Positions 52,430 through 64,000 of a stretch of 64,000 nucleotides of DNA are shown here, piece by piece. The notes under the pieces were generated by a model, which worked only from the letters and a program-made list of their open reading frames with translations, was not told where the DNA came from and made no database searches. This DNA comes from Eledone cirrhosa. Taxonomy: Eukaryota. The stretch spans positions 7,068,001-7,132,000 of the forward strand of contig OZ024746.1 of assembly GCA_964016885.1 (NCBI GenBank). The letters run 5' to 3'. Positions within the stretch are counted from its first letter, which is position 1, and each line of letters opens with the position of its first letter. A program made the position numbers and the translations under genes.

Positions 52430-53400
52430 TGATTTTTGAGGCAAGCCAGCATACTCGCAGTGTTACCTCGGGTGATGGCGAGGCTGATGCGCTGAAACAG
52501 CCAAGCACCCTCTATTAGGCGAGCCGCCAGTGAGGAAAGGAACCTCGCAGTCAGCGGCCCGACTACCCCAAACGTCTCGAAAGCCACAGGCTGAAAAATG
52601 TAGCTGGCCGACAGATCAGAGTATTTGAGGGTCTTACTCCACTCGGCTGCAGAAGCTGTGGTTCTCGTCCTAACCGCAGCATCCAGGATGTGGGAAAGAG
52701 CAAAAGAGTCACTAACAGTGACGTCCCAGACAAGGCACCTGCCTCTCGACCAGGGGCACAGGGTAAGACCGTCAGGTCTTTTGCCGTCACTTCTGGACAA
52801 CCAAGATGGTTCCAAGACTGAGGGGACTTTCGCCCGGGCCAAAGCTCTCTTCAGAATGAGGTTTAGCTCTGTGTGATGCGCGAAGCGGCCGGCATTCAGG
52901 CGGCAAGAAAGACCGTGGAGGCCTGTCGAGTCGAGTAGTTTGCCGCATCGGCACCTTAAACCCATGCAGACGTCAGCTCCCACTCTGAGGGCGATGGAGA
53001 CACGAAGTTCGTCCAAGCTGAGTTGGCCACGAGTAGGGCATTGACCCAGTCGCCTGAGTATTTGGCGCTTGCAGATAGTAAGCGGCACCTTGCAAACTGA
53101 TCTGACTGGACGAAGAGGGAGTCGAAGGTGGCCTTCGAACTTATGCTGTCCCAAGCTCTCTGACTTCGACTGTCCTCCACCTTCTCAGGAAGAGACAAGC
53201 CCAACTCACTTCATTTGTGGAGAGCTTCACCCAACTCCCTGTTGGAACTAGTCCATGTTGGAGAGGAGAGGATGCTGCTCACCAGGGTGGAGCAAGCAGG
53301 GGAGAGAGAGGTACGAACACTTACGAAGACCAAGACCCCCGAATTGCTTGGGCAATGCAGCGTGATCGCGGGAAAACATGACCATAGAAAGTGCAGAAAT
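52430..53400 (-). mobile_element. CRE-clade non-LTR retrotransposon fragment (zinc knuckle plus restriction-like endonuclease)
   Basis: ORF 52426..53154: CRCG...HGLSC, EP..L...DGKRPDG, LVWDVTV, K..KY, FQPVAFETFG, FQRISLAI.RGN. Confidence 0.85.
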
Positions 53401-53944
53401 GTCCCTTATGATCTACTAATTCTTTAATTCTGGCTGTCTCTCAGTGTGGATTATTTTATTGAATTTTCTTTTACTCTTTGGTATTTAAAATATGGTTTGA
53501 ATTAAAATAATAAGAGACAAACATATTAATAGAAATTGAAAACTTGGAAATAATGTTTGGAATTTTGCCCATTTCTCAGACATAAAATAGTGGGGTCAGT
53601 TTATATTTGAGTATTTATGGTATGTCTTTTTGTTGGAAGCCACGCATAAATGTTCTTGCTCATTCTAGGTGATATTGTCTCACATGTAACATACATACCC
53701 ATAGAGCAGTTTTCCAATCTGTTCATAAATTGGCATTACTAGTGCAATTCCACCTTAATGCGCAAAATTGCATACTAGCAGGTGACTGACAAAGTAGAGA
53801 TGCAGTTACCTGTTCATTCTATGTATTTTTTTTTGTCTCTAAAATGGGCGACTGAATACACACGTGTTTTTTTTTTCTCATTTTTTTTCTTGTTTCTTCC
53901 TCTTACTCTTTATGTTTCTATTTTATCTTTTATTTCTGATTCTA

Positions 53945-53980
53945 TCTTCTGATGAAGGACTAGTGTCCGAAACGTTAAGA
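53945..53980 (+). ncRNA. Minimal type I hammerhead ribozyme motif (Penelope-like element type)
   Basis: TCT-T-CTGATGA-A-GGAC-tagt-GTCC-GAAA-CG-TTA-AGA: intact CUGAUGA and GAAA cores, 4-bp stem II, palindromic AACGTT stem III, UUA triplet. Confidence 0.75.
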
Positions 53981-54101
53981 CATGTTCCTGCTATTTTAAT
54001 CATTAAACTAATATATTTCTTCAATGTACTCTGTCAATTGCTTTGTTGTTTACTTTTTACATACATATCAAAGTCAGTGTTGCTTCATATACAAACTTTA
54101 T

Positions 54102-54155
54102 TATTACAATTGTTTCGGTGACAGGGCCAACTCTTTCTCGACATCTCGTCAGATA
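54102..54155 (-). ncRNA. Degenerate Penelope-type hammerhead motif
   Basis: Minus strand reads tat-CTGACGA-gatgtc...gtcacc-GAAA-caattg-TA-ata; palindromic stem III, mismatched stem II. Confidence 0.55.
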
Positions 54156-54445
54156 TGCGAGTTTGTATGTGCAAAGACACTACACACCTAACACACACAC
54201 ACACAAACACATATATATATATATATGGGAATCTGGTGTGTGAGATTTCTGACATAGGTGAATACTCAGATTTGTAGGAGAGTGGAATATAAGAAGTTAC
54301 GATGTTCTTACCTTTCCTGAGAATCAAAGATATATATTCAATACACACATGTCATATATATTTACTCTGATTTTTTAAATAATCTCTTTATAATGTCATT
54401 TCTTGTTTTTGTTACAGCTTCAAGTCTTTGATAAAACTTTCTAAA

Positions 54446-54689
54446 ATGTCAGGAAAGATAGGTAGTAATACAAATGATCCCTTAACGGCTAATTCTCGGT
54501 TGTTTGTTGGAAATCTGAATACATTTGCACTTAGTCAAAAGGATATTGAGCAAATATTTCGGCGTTATGGATTTGTTATTGGTATTTCCATTCACAAAGG
54601 ATTTGCTTTCATCCAATATTCAACAGAACAAGAAGCAAGGTCAGCGCTCAACAGTGAAAATACGAAAACCTACGCGAATCAACAATTAG
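54446..54689 (+). CDS. HNRNPC: hnRNP C/RALY-like protein, first coding exon (RRM)
   Basis: MSGKIGSNTNDPLTANSRLFVGNLNT...IHKGFAFIQY...QQL matches the hnRNP C/RALY RRM (NSRVFIGNLNT...VHKGFAFVQY). Acceptor ttgttacag puts the exon start at 54418; donor G|gtgagt. Confidence 0.9.
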
Positions 54690-54730
54690 GTGAGTATATT
54701 TTGAAATGTGTATTCATTGTTTATGTGTTA

Positions 54731-55226
54731 TTAACCCTTTAGTTACCAACCCGGCCAAAACCAGCTCTGGTTCTATGAAATAAAACCACCCATTTTAACC
54801 TTTTAGTTACCAACCCAGCCAAAACCAGATCTGGTTCTATGAAATAAAACCACCCATTTTAACCCTTTAGTTACCAACCCAGCCAAAACCAGATCTGGTT
54901 CTATGAAATAAAACCACCCATTTTAACCCTTTAGTTACCAACCCAGCCAAAACCAGCTCTGGTTCTATGAAATAAAACCACCCATTTTAACCCTTTAATT
55001 ACCAACCCAGCCAAAACCAGCTCTGGTTCTATGAAATAAAATCACTCATTTTAAAGGTTTCCAATTTAATTTAAAATCTTCTAACATAATTTTATGTAAG
55101 AACCTTACATTCAGTTTCTATCTTAGTAATGAAAGAATTAATAATCTTAGTAAATTCCTCAAAATTATTCATTTATTAATTGAAATGGAGTGTATTTCAT
55201 TAGAAATGGGGACATGAAAGGGTTAT
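54731..55226. mobile_element. piggyBac-like MITE family A with 5 tandem copies of its terminal 64 bp
   Basis: Period 64 (54731, 54795, 54859, 54923, 54987), then the element body. Confidence 0.85.
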
Positions 55227-55470
55227 AACATTTGATTTATAATATATTTTAATAGTTTTGTCTGTTCAATTGATTTTATTTCCATTGTTCTTAGAAGAAA
55301 TCTATATTTTTCCTCTTGAAAGTTTTTATTTTAGTGAGATATTTTAATGCTAATATTGTCTACTGTTTTATTTTTAGAATTATAAAATTCATAAGAAATA
55401 TTATTATTATTATAGTAGAAACTTTTAATGTTTTGTTCTCAATGGAAATATATCTAAAATACTCTTTTAG

Positions 55471-55603
55471 ATATAAACCTGTGCTCTGAATCAAAACCAA
55501 AGCGGGCTGGCCATACACCAACTGCACCCCCATCACCTCATGGACATGGTACACCAAATACTTATATGAAACCTCCTCCAATGCATATGAATCGGATCAG
55601 TCG
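55471..55603 (+). CDS. HNRNPC: hnRNP C/RALY-like protein, second coding exon: DINLCSESKPKRAGHTPTAPPSPHG...MNRISR
   Basis: ctcttttag acceptor; the phase-1 join gives L-D-I-N-L..E.K as in hnRNP C (LDINLAAEPK); CG|gtaaaa donor. Later exons were not identified in the window. Confidence 0.85.
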
Positions 55604-56386
55604 GTAAAAAACAACTTAGTGTTTTTATTTTCATATATTTTTTTTTCATTTGTATAGTTTTTAATTTGACTTTGTTGTGGAAAGTATGTTTGTTTTTTAT
55701 TTTAATGTTATTTCTCTTGTCAAGAATATTCTATTAAATCTATTTTTGTTTGGCTACAGCAAAATATTATCAAATATAGGAAGATAAATTGTGAATCACC
55801 TAGAATACCTTTGTTAAATTACTCACACCTTTCACAAATTTATTACTCACCTGCCTATTTTCTAGTTATGAGATGAAATTTCCAATTTCTTTTTCTATAT
55901 CTTCTTGTAGTCTTTTGCTATATTCAATGTTCATATAATCTCTATTTTATTAAAATCAGTTAAATAATGAGTTAGTGAATTCTGGATTAAACTTGTTTTA
56001 TATATATATATTTGTATCATCATCATCATCATCATTTTATGTCCGCTTTTCCCTGCTTGGATTCAACTGTCGTTGATTGACGAGGGTTCAGCAGTCTTCT
56101 CAGTTCAATATATATATATAGTAATAATAATAATAGTAATAATAATAATAGTAATAATAATAATAGTAATAATAATAAATTTGAAGACTAAAATCCAAAG
56201 AGGGCTCGATAAGGATAAATATATATCAGATATATAAGAACCGTAGAGCAAATATTTATTAAAATAACAGATTAAAGTTTAAACAAAGAATCGATGCTTT
56301 TAACGGGATCTTCTGAAACTCGGAAGATCCCGTTAAGGGTGAAAGCAGCGATTCTTTGGTTAAACTTTAATCTGTTATTTTAATAA

Positions 56387-56420
<34 letters not shown>

Positions 56421-56457
56421 AAAATGAAGAAAAGCCAAGGTTAACAACTTCTTTTAT

Positions 56458-56575
56458 TTCTACATATGTTTCTATACAGGTGACAATGGTACATCCATAT
56501 GTAAACATTAAGTCGATTGGAAATAGTTAATTTACACCAGACATAATACATATAACAACTCCATATCTTCAGGAA
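56458..56575 (-). ncRNA. Penelope-type hammerhead motif with an enlarged stem II loop
   Basis: Minus strand reads ttc-CTGAAGA-tat...(about 90 nt)...ata-GAAA-catatg-TA-gaa. Confidence 0.45.
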
Positions 56576-58166
56576 ATATAAGAAGGAATAAAGTTTACCG
56601 AAGTCAATTCATAAGAATAGATCCCATATCAAATATTGGGCATAAGGCAAGCATTAAAGCAAGACTACATGAAATGGTTGTAATGTACAAAGTTGTAAGA
56701 CATAGTGATTATAAGTTGAGGTAAAAATATTAATACTCTGCTACCTGTACTGTCCTCAACAACTTTCAGACAATATTTCATCTGTTTTAAATTCCTTATG
56801 AGCTGAGGATTTTAGTGTGCATTGAGCTCCTCTCACCTTAGCAAAAGTAATAGTGGAATACTCTGTTATAATCACCTATATATATATATATGAGTATAAA
56901 AAATGTATAATTGCAGCTGTGTAAAAAGAATCAAACTGTGCAAAAGAAATAAAGGGGCAAAGGGATCATATATTGTTCTTAAAATTCCTGGAATTTGGAA
57001 GTTTATAGTTGCAACGTAATACAAGTAATTTGATACGTGTCTACAGAATCCCAACATCTCAGTATTCCATTTAAGCCATGTAAAAACTGATATGTATGAA
57101 AGGAATGAAAAACCATTTTATTCTAAACATAATCAGATTGTTTCTTTAAGAAGGGGAGCTCCCATTATTACACATTTTATTCTATGTATAATTGAACTAG
57201 GATGCGTTTGTTTAACATTTCTATCTCTGTGTGATGCAGCTAATTAAAAAAATATATATTTTTCACCAGTTTATCCCATTTTATGGATCTGTTTCTTTTG
57301 TAAATAATTTAAGTTTTCACAGTTAATTAAATAAACAATAAAAAAAACGGGGTTGGGGTAAAGAAGGGCAGATCTAGCTGTAAAGGAAAGAGAGGGGGTA
57401 GGGAGAGGGTGACAGGATCTACACTTAGGGTGGGGTGGTGCTTCGGCTGCGGCCCTCAGACAAAACTGCGAAGGCATTTCCATGGACACTGGCCAGCAAC
57501 ACCTGCTGTAATCATTAACCCTTTAGTTACCAACCTAGCAAAACCACCTCTGGTTCTATGAAATTAAATCACCCATTTTAAAGGTTTCCAATTTAAATTA
57601 AAATCTTCCAACATAATTTTGTATAAGAATTTTGTTACTATCTTAGTAATGAAATAATTAAGAATTTTAGTAAATATTTTATTAATTCAAATATAGTATA
57701 TTTCATTAGAAATGTGGTCATGGAAGGGTTAAAAGTAATATATGGTTTTCATTGAGCTAAATCTTCTATAATCCTATATGAAAGGTAATAGCAGTTTTTA
57801 AAACTTGTCTTTATATAGTTGTACGTCTTGGTACCAGATTGGTTATATATGTTATATATTCTCTTACATGTGTTTTTCTCTATGCCATATGTACATTTGG
57901 AAGTTTATAATACTGTTAAATTCTTCGAAAGCTATGTATTTTCTAGAATCTTACTTATTTTACAAAATTGAAAATATATGGTTCCAGTTCTTCAAAATAT
58001 TTACTTTCTAATTATATTCCTCCAAGCGGATAATTTCAGAAATTTTGAGAACAATATGTGATTTTATCCTTTTCATTCTTAGAAGTTGATCTTTTAAAAT
58101 ATTAAAATATTTTTGAGTTATTTCCCTTGCACAGTTAGTTTTTTTTATACCCGCTTATATAATGTG

Positions 58167-58478
58167 TCATCATCATCATCATTTTATGTCCACTTTTCCC
58201 TGCTTGCAAGGGTGGGACGGGTACTGATTCTGGCTTAATTTCTACAGCTGGATGCCCTTCCTAACACCAACCTCATTTACAGTGAGTGCTGGGTGGTTTT
58301 TGCAGTGGAATGATAGGGACCCCAGTCTCTATCATCTCATTTCTACAGCTGAGTAAACTGGAGCAATGTGAAATAAAGTGTCTTGTTCAAGGAAACGACA
58401 CATCACCCGGTCTGAGAATTGAACTCACAACCTTTCGATTGCAAGGCCAATGCTCTAACCACTAAGCCATGTGCCTCC
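58167..58478 (-). mobile_element. Same tRNA-headed SINE family, near full length
   Basis: Reverse complement of the 31850 element with an internal deletion; possible ATGTGT target-site duplication. Confidence 0.85.
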
Positions 58479-59618
58479 ATGTGTGTGTATATATATCAGT
58501 GGCGAAGGGTAACCTGGAAAGCAGGGCATGCAGTCCAATCGCCATGGCGGAAAGTGGGGCTGTGCAGCCTTACCCCCCCCCCCCCCCCCCCTAAAAAAAA
58601 TTCCCTCTAAATGACCCGGTCAAAGCCGCATGTAGTGTTATCTAGTGTGTGTGTGTGTGTGTGTGTGTTATCTTTTTATGTGTCTACGATTTAGTAAGCA
58701 GCCAAAATTCTGCTTGCTTCAACCGACACAATTGATCAACTCAAGATTCTATAACGCATGCGCGCATCCTTTGCCCCTGATATATATATGTGTGTGTGTA
58801 TACATGTTTTGATATATTTTAAGATATATTGTTTTCTATCCTTCTGTAACTGGTAAAATCCTCTGCGACGTAGTCCCCCATCACCTTACTTTTTCATGGG
58901 TATATTATCAATTGTGGTTAGTGTTGGACTCGCAATCATATGATCATGTGTTCAATGCCTGGGCAAGGTGGTATGTTGTGTTCTTGAGCAAGACACTTCA
59001 TTTTATTTTACTTTGCTTTTTATGATAGAACAGGGCCCCTTTAATTAAAAAATTATGAAATGCTAGCTTAGAAGAGGTCAGCTAGATGTGAATTGTACAT
59101 TTTCTTTTTCTTTTTTTTGACCTCGTTGGGGGCCATCTAAACCTGCATAGGCATGATCTTTAGATTAATTTTTCTTTTTTTTTTTCAATAAGATCCAGTG
59201 CCATTTTATACACCCAAAGCTATATATATTCAAATATCATTTTATGGTGTTTATTTTAAGTGGTATGATAATTAATTTTCTTTAGTAATTAAAAAACATA
59301 CATGACCATACGTTATAAAATACATAGGGTAGGTTGCGGGTCTTAATATGTAAACTAAACAACTAATTCTGTTTTTTTTTTAAATCAAGAGAGGCAACCT
59401 AGAAAAATTATCGATTTTCCACCCCCACTCCCTATTATTTGGGACCCGAGTGTAAGCAATAAAGAAACTGAAGCTATAGTTATATACAGTTCATTACATC
59501 TTGACTCCTTTATTTTTACATACCACGTGAGAATTTATCAGTTAAAAGTGATAACTTGACATCAACAAAATATACATTTTTATCCTACCATTTATTTCAT
59601 ATTTTTTCACTTAAATTT

Positions 59619-59649
<31 letters not shown>

Positions 59650-62600
59650 TGTCTTTTTCTGTTTTTTTAAATTCTGACCAAAAAAAAAAATACTTTTAAA
59701 TATTTTGAAGTTTTATGTAACATTAAAAAAAAAATTTTAATTGTTATTATATATTTTTTAAGATGGTATAAAAATTGAGATAATATTGATTTCCTTTGAT
59801 TTCTGTATAAATCACATCATTTGGTTATTTCTTAATATTTTGTATTACCATTGGAATTGGTGTCAAGACATTTTTCTGGTTCGTAGGGAAGATGAAATAG
59901 TTTAAAGACCTCAATATACAACCTGGTAGTTTGCTTTAAAATTATTGTCTGACCAAGGATACTTTTGGAATATTTTAGCTTCCTGTCATTAACTGACTAA
60001 AAATATAGATATTAAAATCTCAGAACTGAAACTAGAGTGACATTTGAGGCAGTAGTGTGTGACACCTTTCTAAGATATGCTATAATATTGAGTTTAACTC
60101 ATACTCTCGGGTCTGGTTTTTTTTTTTTTTTTAAATCAATGTGGACAAACTAGAAAAATTACTGATTCCCCCCCCCCCCTTTATTTGGCACCTGGGAGTA
60201 CACTTGGTTGATTATTTCAGATATTAGTTCCATAGCAATATGTAGTTTATTTAGCTAAGAGTATTTAATAGTCTGTATATTATTTATACAATATTCTAAT
60301 GTTCTTAAGTCTATGTTTTATATGATATTAATAGCTTTGTTTTTAAGTATATGTTTAAATAATCAATATGAGAAAAATAAATGTTGAGCAGTTGTATTTG
60401 TGATTGCACATATCTTTCCCTATCAACAGAGAACTTTTATTTAAATGAAGCTCTTTAAGATGATCTGCAACACTTAACTATAGTACCAAACTATTTTAGT
60501 TACCATGTCTACCAACGTTATTTTCCAATTGAAGAAATCGTTTAAATATAAGTTTGATAGCAGAGGCAACAGAAATTAGTTACATCTAGCTCCTGTCAAT
60601 ACTCATCTCCATACGGTTTAAATACACAAGTCTCTGATATCTGAATGGCTAAATGTCAGTAGAAGGGCACCCAGGTGTCATGAACTGGATGCGACCTGAC
60701 CCCCTTAGATTGTAAGCAGTTAAGGGCTGAAACACTCACTTGATGTGGGTTTCTTCTCTGAGGACCTTCTACTGTCCAGCTCTCCTGAGAGTTTCTTACC
60801 ACCATATATATATACACACACACATAGAAGTTAAGGGCCGAAACGATCACTTGAGTGGGGTTTCTACTCTGAAGACCTTCTGCTGTCCTACTCTCTTGAG
60901 AGTTTCTTACCACCATTTCTGTCTTACTGAATTATTATTCTAAATTGCTTATTGCATGTCTCAATGTAAAGAAATATATATATTTTGTGGAATAACTAAA
61001 TTTTCTTTATGCATAATTGTTGCTTTATAAAAATATTATTACCAGTGTAGTTTTTTTCCTTTTTTGTGTGTTTTCCTTCACTATTTTCACATCTCAGATT
61101 AAGCCTTTTCTTTTTTTTTTTTTGTAGCATGTTTATTTAATTTTAACATGTATGTAATATTTATTTTCTAAATATGTGTTGTATATTATCTTCTTGAAAG
61201 TGTTGATTAAATATAATATATTTTTTCAGAATTTTACTTTAAAATGTGGGGTTTTATTTTTATGGTTCATATTTTATGTTGTTATCATGCCTTTTCTTCA
61301 TTCAATTATCTTACTCTTCACAGACATTTTTAAGAATTATATTTAAAAAAGGAAAAAAAATCAGTTGAAAGTTTTATCCAAATTTATATAAATGATTTTT
61401 AAAAAAAATTATATTAAATATTCTTAGTTAAAAATTACTGTTTTTACTCATTATTCAATAAAACACAGTCAAGAAACCTAATAATATTTTATATTAGATA
61501 TTTTCCAATATTCTTTAACCCTTTTCTTACCATATTTCTTATGAAATACACTCTATTTTAATTAATTAATGAAGAATTTTTAAGGGATATATTAAAAATA
61601 TTAATTATTTCATTACTGAAATAGTAACTTAACTTATGGTTCTTATATAAAATTATGTTTCAAATGGGTGGTTTTGTTTCATAGCACCAAAGCCAGTTTG
61701 GTAACAAAAGTAAAAATTATTTTAAAGAAGGTATTATTTCAGTTTAACTATAAGAAATTATCTTCAAATGAAGCTAACACAAGCTAATCAGACTAGGAAT
61801 AGAATTTTATGAATAAGAAGTAGCTAAAGTTATATGTTTTTATATAGAAATAATTGTTTTTAGTGAGTATATGACATTCTAAATACTCATAACTTCAATC
61901 TGTATCAGTTCTTTAACCTTTTCATGACCACATTTCTAATAAAATACACTCTATTTTAATTAATTAATTAATGAAGTATTTTGAGGGATTTAGTAAAATT
62001 ATTAATTATTTCATTACTAAGATAGTAACTTAATGTAAGGTTCTTATATAAAATTATGTTGGAAGATTTTAATTTAAATTAGGTGATTTAATTTCATAGA
62101 ACCAGAGCTGGGTTGGTAACTAAAGGGCTAATTTTCAACTGGTTAGCCTATATAACTAAAGGTAATTTACTTATTGTGAAGGCATGTATGTGGCCTAGTG
62201 GTTAAGGTCCATACATTGCTTTTCATGATAGGACTGGGGGCCTCTATCATTAACCCTTTAACATTTATATTACTCTATATTTACTATTATATTTTCACAG
62301 TAAAGGCTTTGCTTCACATAATTATCTCACATAGTATTGAATCTATGAGATTTTGATATTATTCAACATCAGTATGAGCAGTCGGTTACAGCCGGTTTAA
62401 ATGCTAAAGCGTTAAAACATGTGAAAAGCCACATTGAGATGCAGCCTCTCAGGAAGCCAGCTAAACATGTATAGGTGTGAGCTATAGATTTAATTTCAGT
62501 ATATTTACTGTGCAGGTTTCATCAGGTCTTAACACAGTTTCTTGCTGTAATCATATACTTTAAGGTGATTTTTTTTTATATTTCAAGAGTTATAAAATCT

Positions 62601-62785
62601 ATTGGGAAGATAGCCTCACAAATTCTTTTGTTTCGCTATTAAAGATGAGAAATGTAATGATAACAATACTTAAACCCTACCCCCTCTCTGTAATGTGTAA
62701 TAACAATACTTAATCCCCTCCTTTCTCATTTTTGGTTGTTTAAATAGTTTTAATGGTGAAATTTCCTCAAAAGTATAGAGTATAT

Positions 62786-62933
62786 CAGGCATGTCAAACA
62801 TGCACAAAGGTTTTTACAGTGTGAGCATGTTTTATCTTGGTAAAATTAGTTGTAATGTGTGCAATTAGTTGTCATGTGTGGTCCTCAGACAACACATATG
62901 TGGCCCTTGGGGACCCTCAGTTTGACATGCCTG
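62786..62933. mobile_element. hAT-like MITE
   Basis: TIRs caggcatgtcaaac / gtttgacatgcctg; no clear target-site duplication. Confidence 0.55.
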
Positions 62934-64000
62934 CTGCATAAATGTAAAATGTTAGACAATAAACACGTGTTTTGTTTTAATTCTCCTTGAAACAGAATGG
63001 AGTATAATTTTTTGTAAATAATTAAATTCTATCTTAATTAGTTAATCCTATATTAGTTATCCTATATTAGTTGTTTTCACATATCCAAAGTGTGGCCCAT
63101 ACTAAACACTAGTGTTTGTTGGATATACTAGTTAGTGACTCTGGATAACAAAGATTTATATTATTGCTAGATGAGAGCAACATTGTCTTCTCTCTCTCTC
63201 TAAACAAATGTACATATCTCTCACTTGGTGCACCCATAGATGAGGGTGATGTCGTAACTTTCTATCTACCTCTTCCTGTCACCCCAGAAACACAGTATTC
63301 CCTTTTCTCTCTCTATGTACATATCTCTCACTTGGTGCTCCCCCTCTCTCTATAAAGTAAGCATGACAGACTGCGCTCTTATTATAATATAGATTAACAA
63401 GTAATATTTTAAGCTATTTAAAAAGTTTGAGGTAATTTAAGACAGACAAGGGTTTGACAAATATACAGTTAATTACTGGTATTTCCAATAATTATTTTGG
63501 GAGTGGGGTAACATAAAAATATATTTCAATAAATATTTTAGGATCACTTTAGTCATTGTAGATATAGTTTTTTTAAACTACATTTTCAATTTGATTTTTG
63601 ATTTTTTTTGTGATAAAACTTTTCAACTTTTTACTGAAGAAAAATTGAAAAAAATGTAAACATTTACTGTTTTATTTTATTTTATTTTTTTGTTTTGTTT
63701 TGTTTTTGTTTTTATTTTCCTTACCATATTCTCTCAAGGAATTGGATTAATAAGAAAGTATTCATTGTTGCAATGAATATGTAAATGATTTCCTTTTGAG
63801 GGATCACAGAATCTAAAAATTATTTATTTTAACTCTTCTTTAGAAATTCAGTTTGAAGAAAGAGTAAAAATCTGTATAAGGCAAAATTTATATTTTATTG
63901 AAATATAAATTATTGATTCCAAACAATTGATCTATCATTTTAAATAATGTAATTGAAAAGTTAAGTGTTTTAAGTTTTTCTCGCTTGGCAGTAAAATAAC

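Noticed and set aside
60221-60258. Alternative hnRNP C exon (ttcag|ATATTAGT, DISSIA...)
   Set aside because: Early stop; the exon at 55471 gives the conserved DINL..E.K continuation.

Overview
AT-rich, microsatellite- and transposon-dense eukaryotic DNA. The repeat landscape (tRNA-headed SINEs and RTE LINEs with (GAT)n tails, (TA)n tracts) suggests an octopus or other coleoid cephalopod; this is inference. Two spliced RNA-binding-protein genes lie head to head. (1) A minus-strand gene reconstructed by hand from 10 phase-compatible GT-AG exons (31468 down to 4816, about 424 aa) encodes two RRMs. It is followed by decayed exons resembling an extended Tudor domain (TDRD10/Vreteno-like architecture), interrupted by stops at probable Trp positions. 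(2) A plus-strand hnRNP C/RALY-like gene has coding exons at 54446-54689 and 55471-55603; its remaining exons were not identified. Other contents: an intronic histone H2A pseudogene, a 3.2-kb 42-bp satellite that produces the 746-aa repeat ORF, a 634-bp near-perfect palindrome, a 62-bp satellite derived from a CRE retrotransposon endonuclease region, several Penelope-type minimal hammerhead ribozyme motifs around the hnRNP C gene, and RTE, CRE, CR1, Tx1, Tigger, mariner and piggyBac-like relics. No CRISPR array, rRNA or bona fide tRNA gene was seen. All calls were made by eye, with no database searches.
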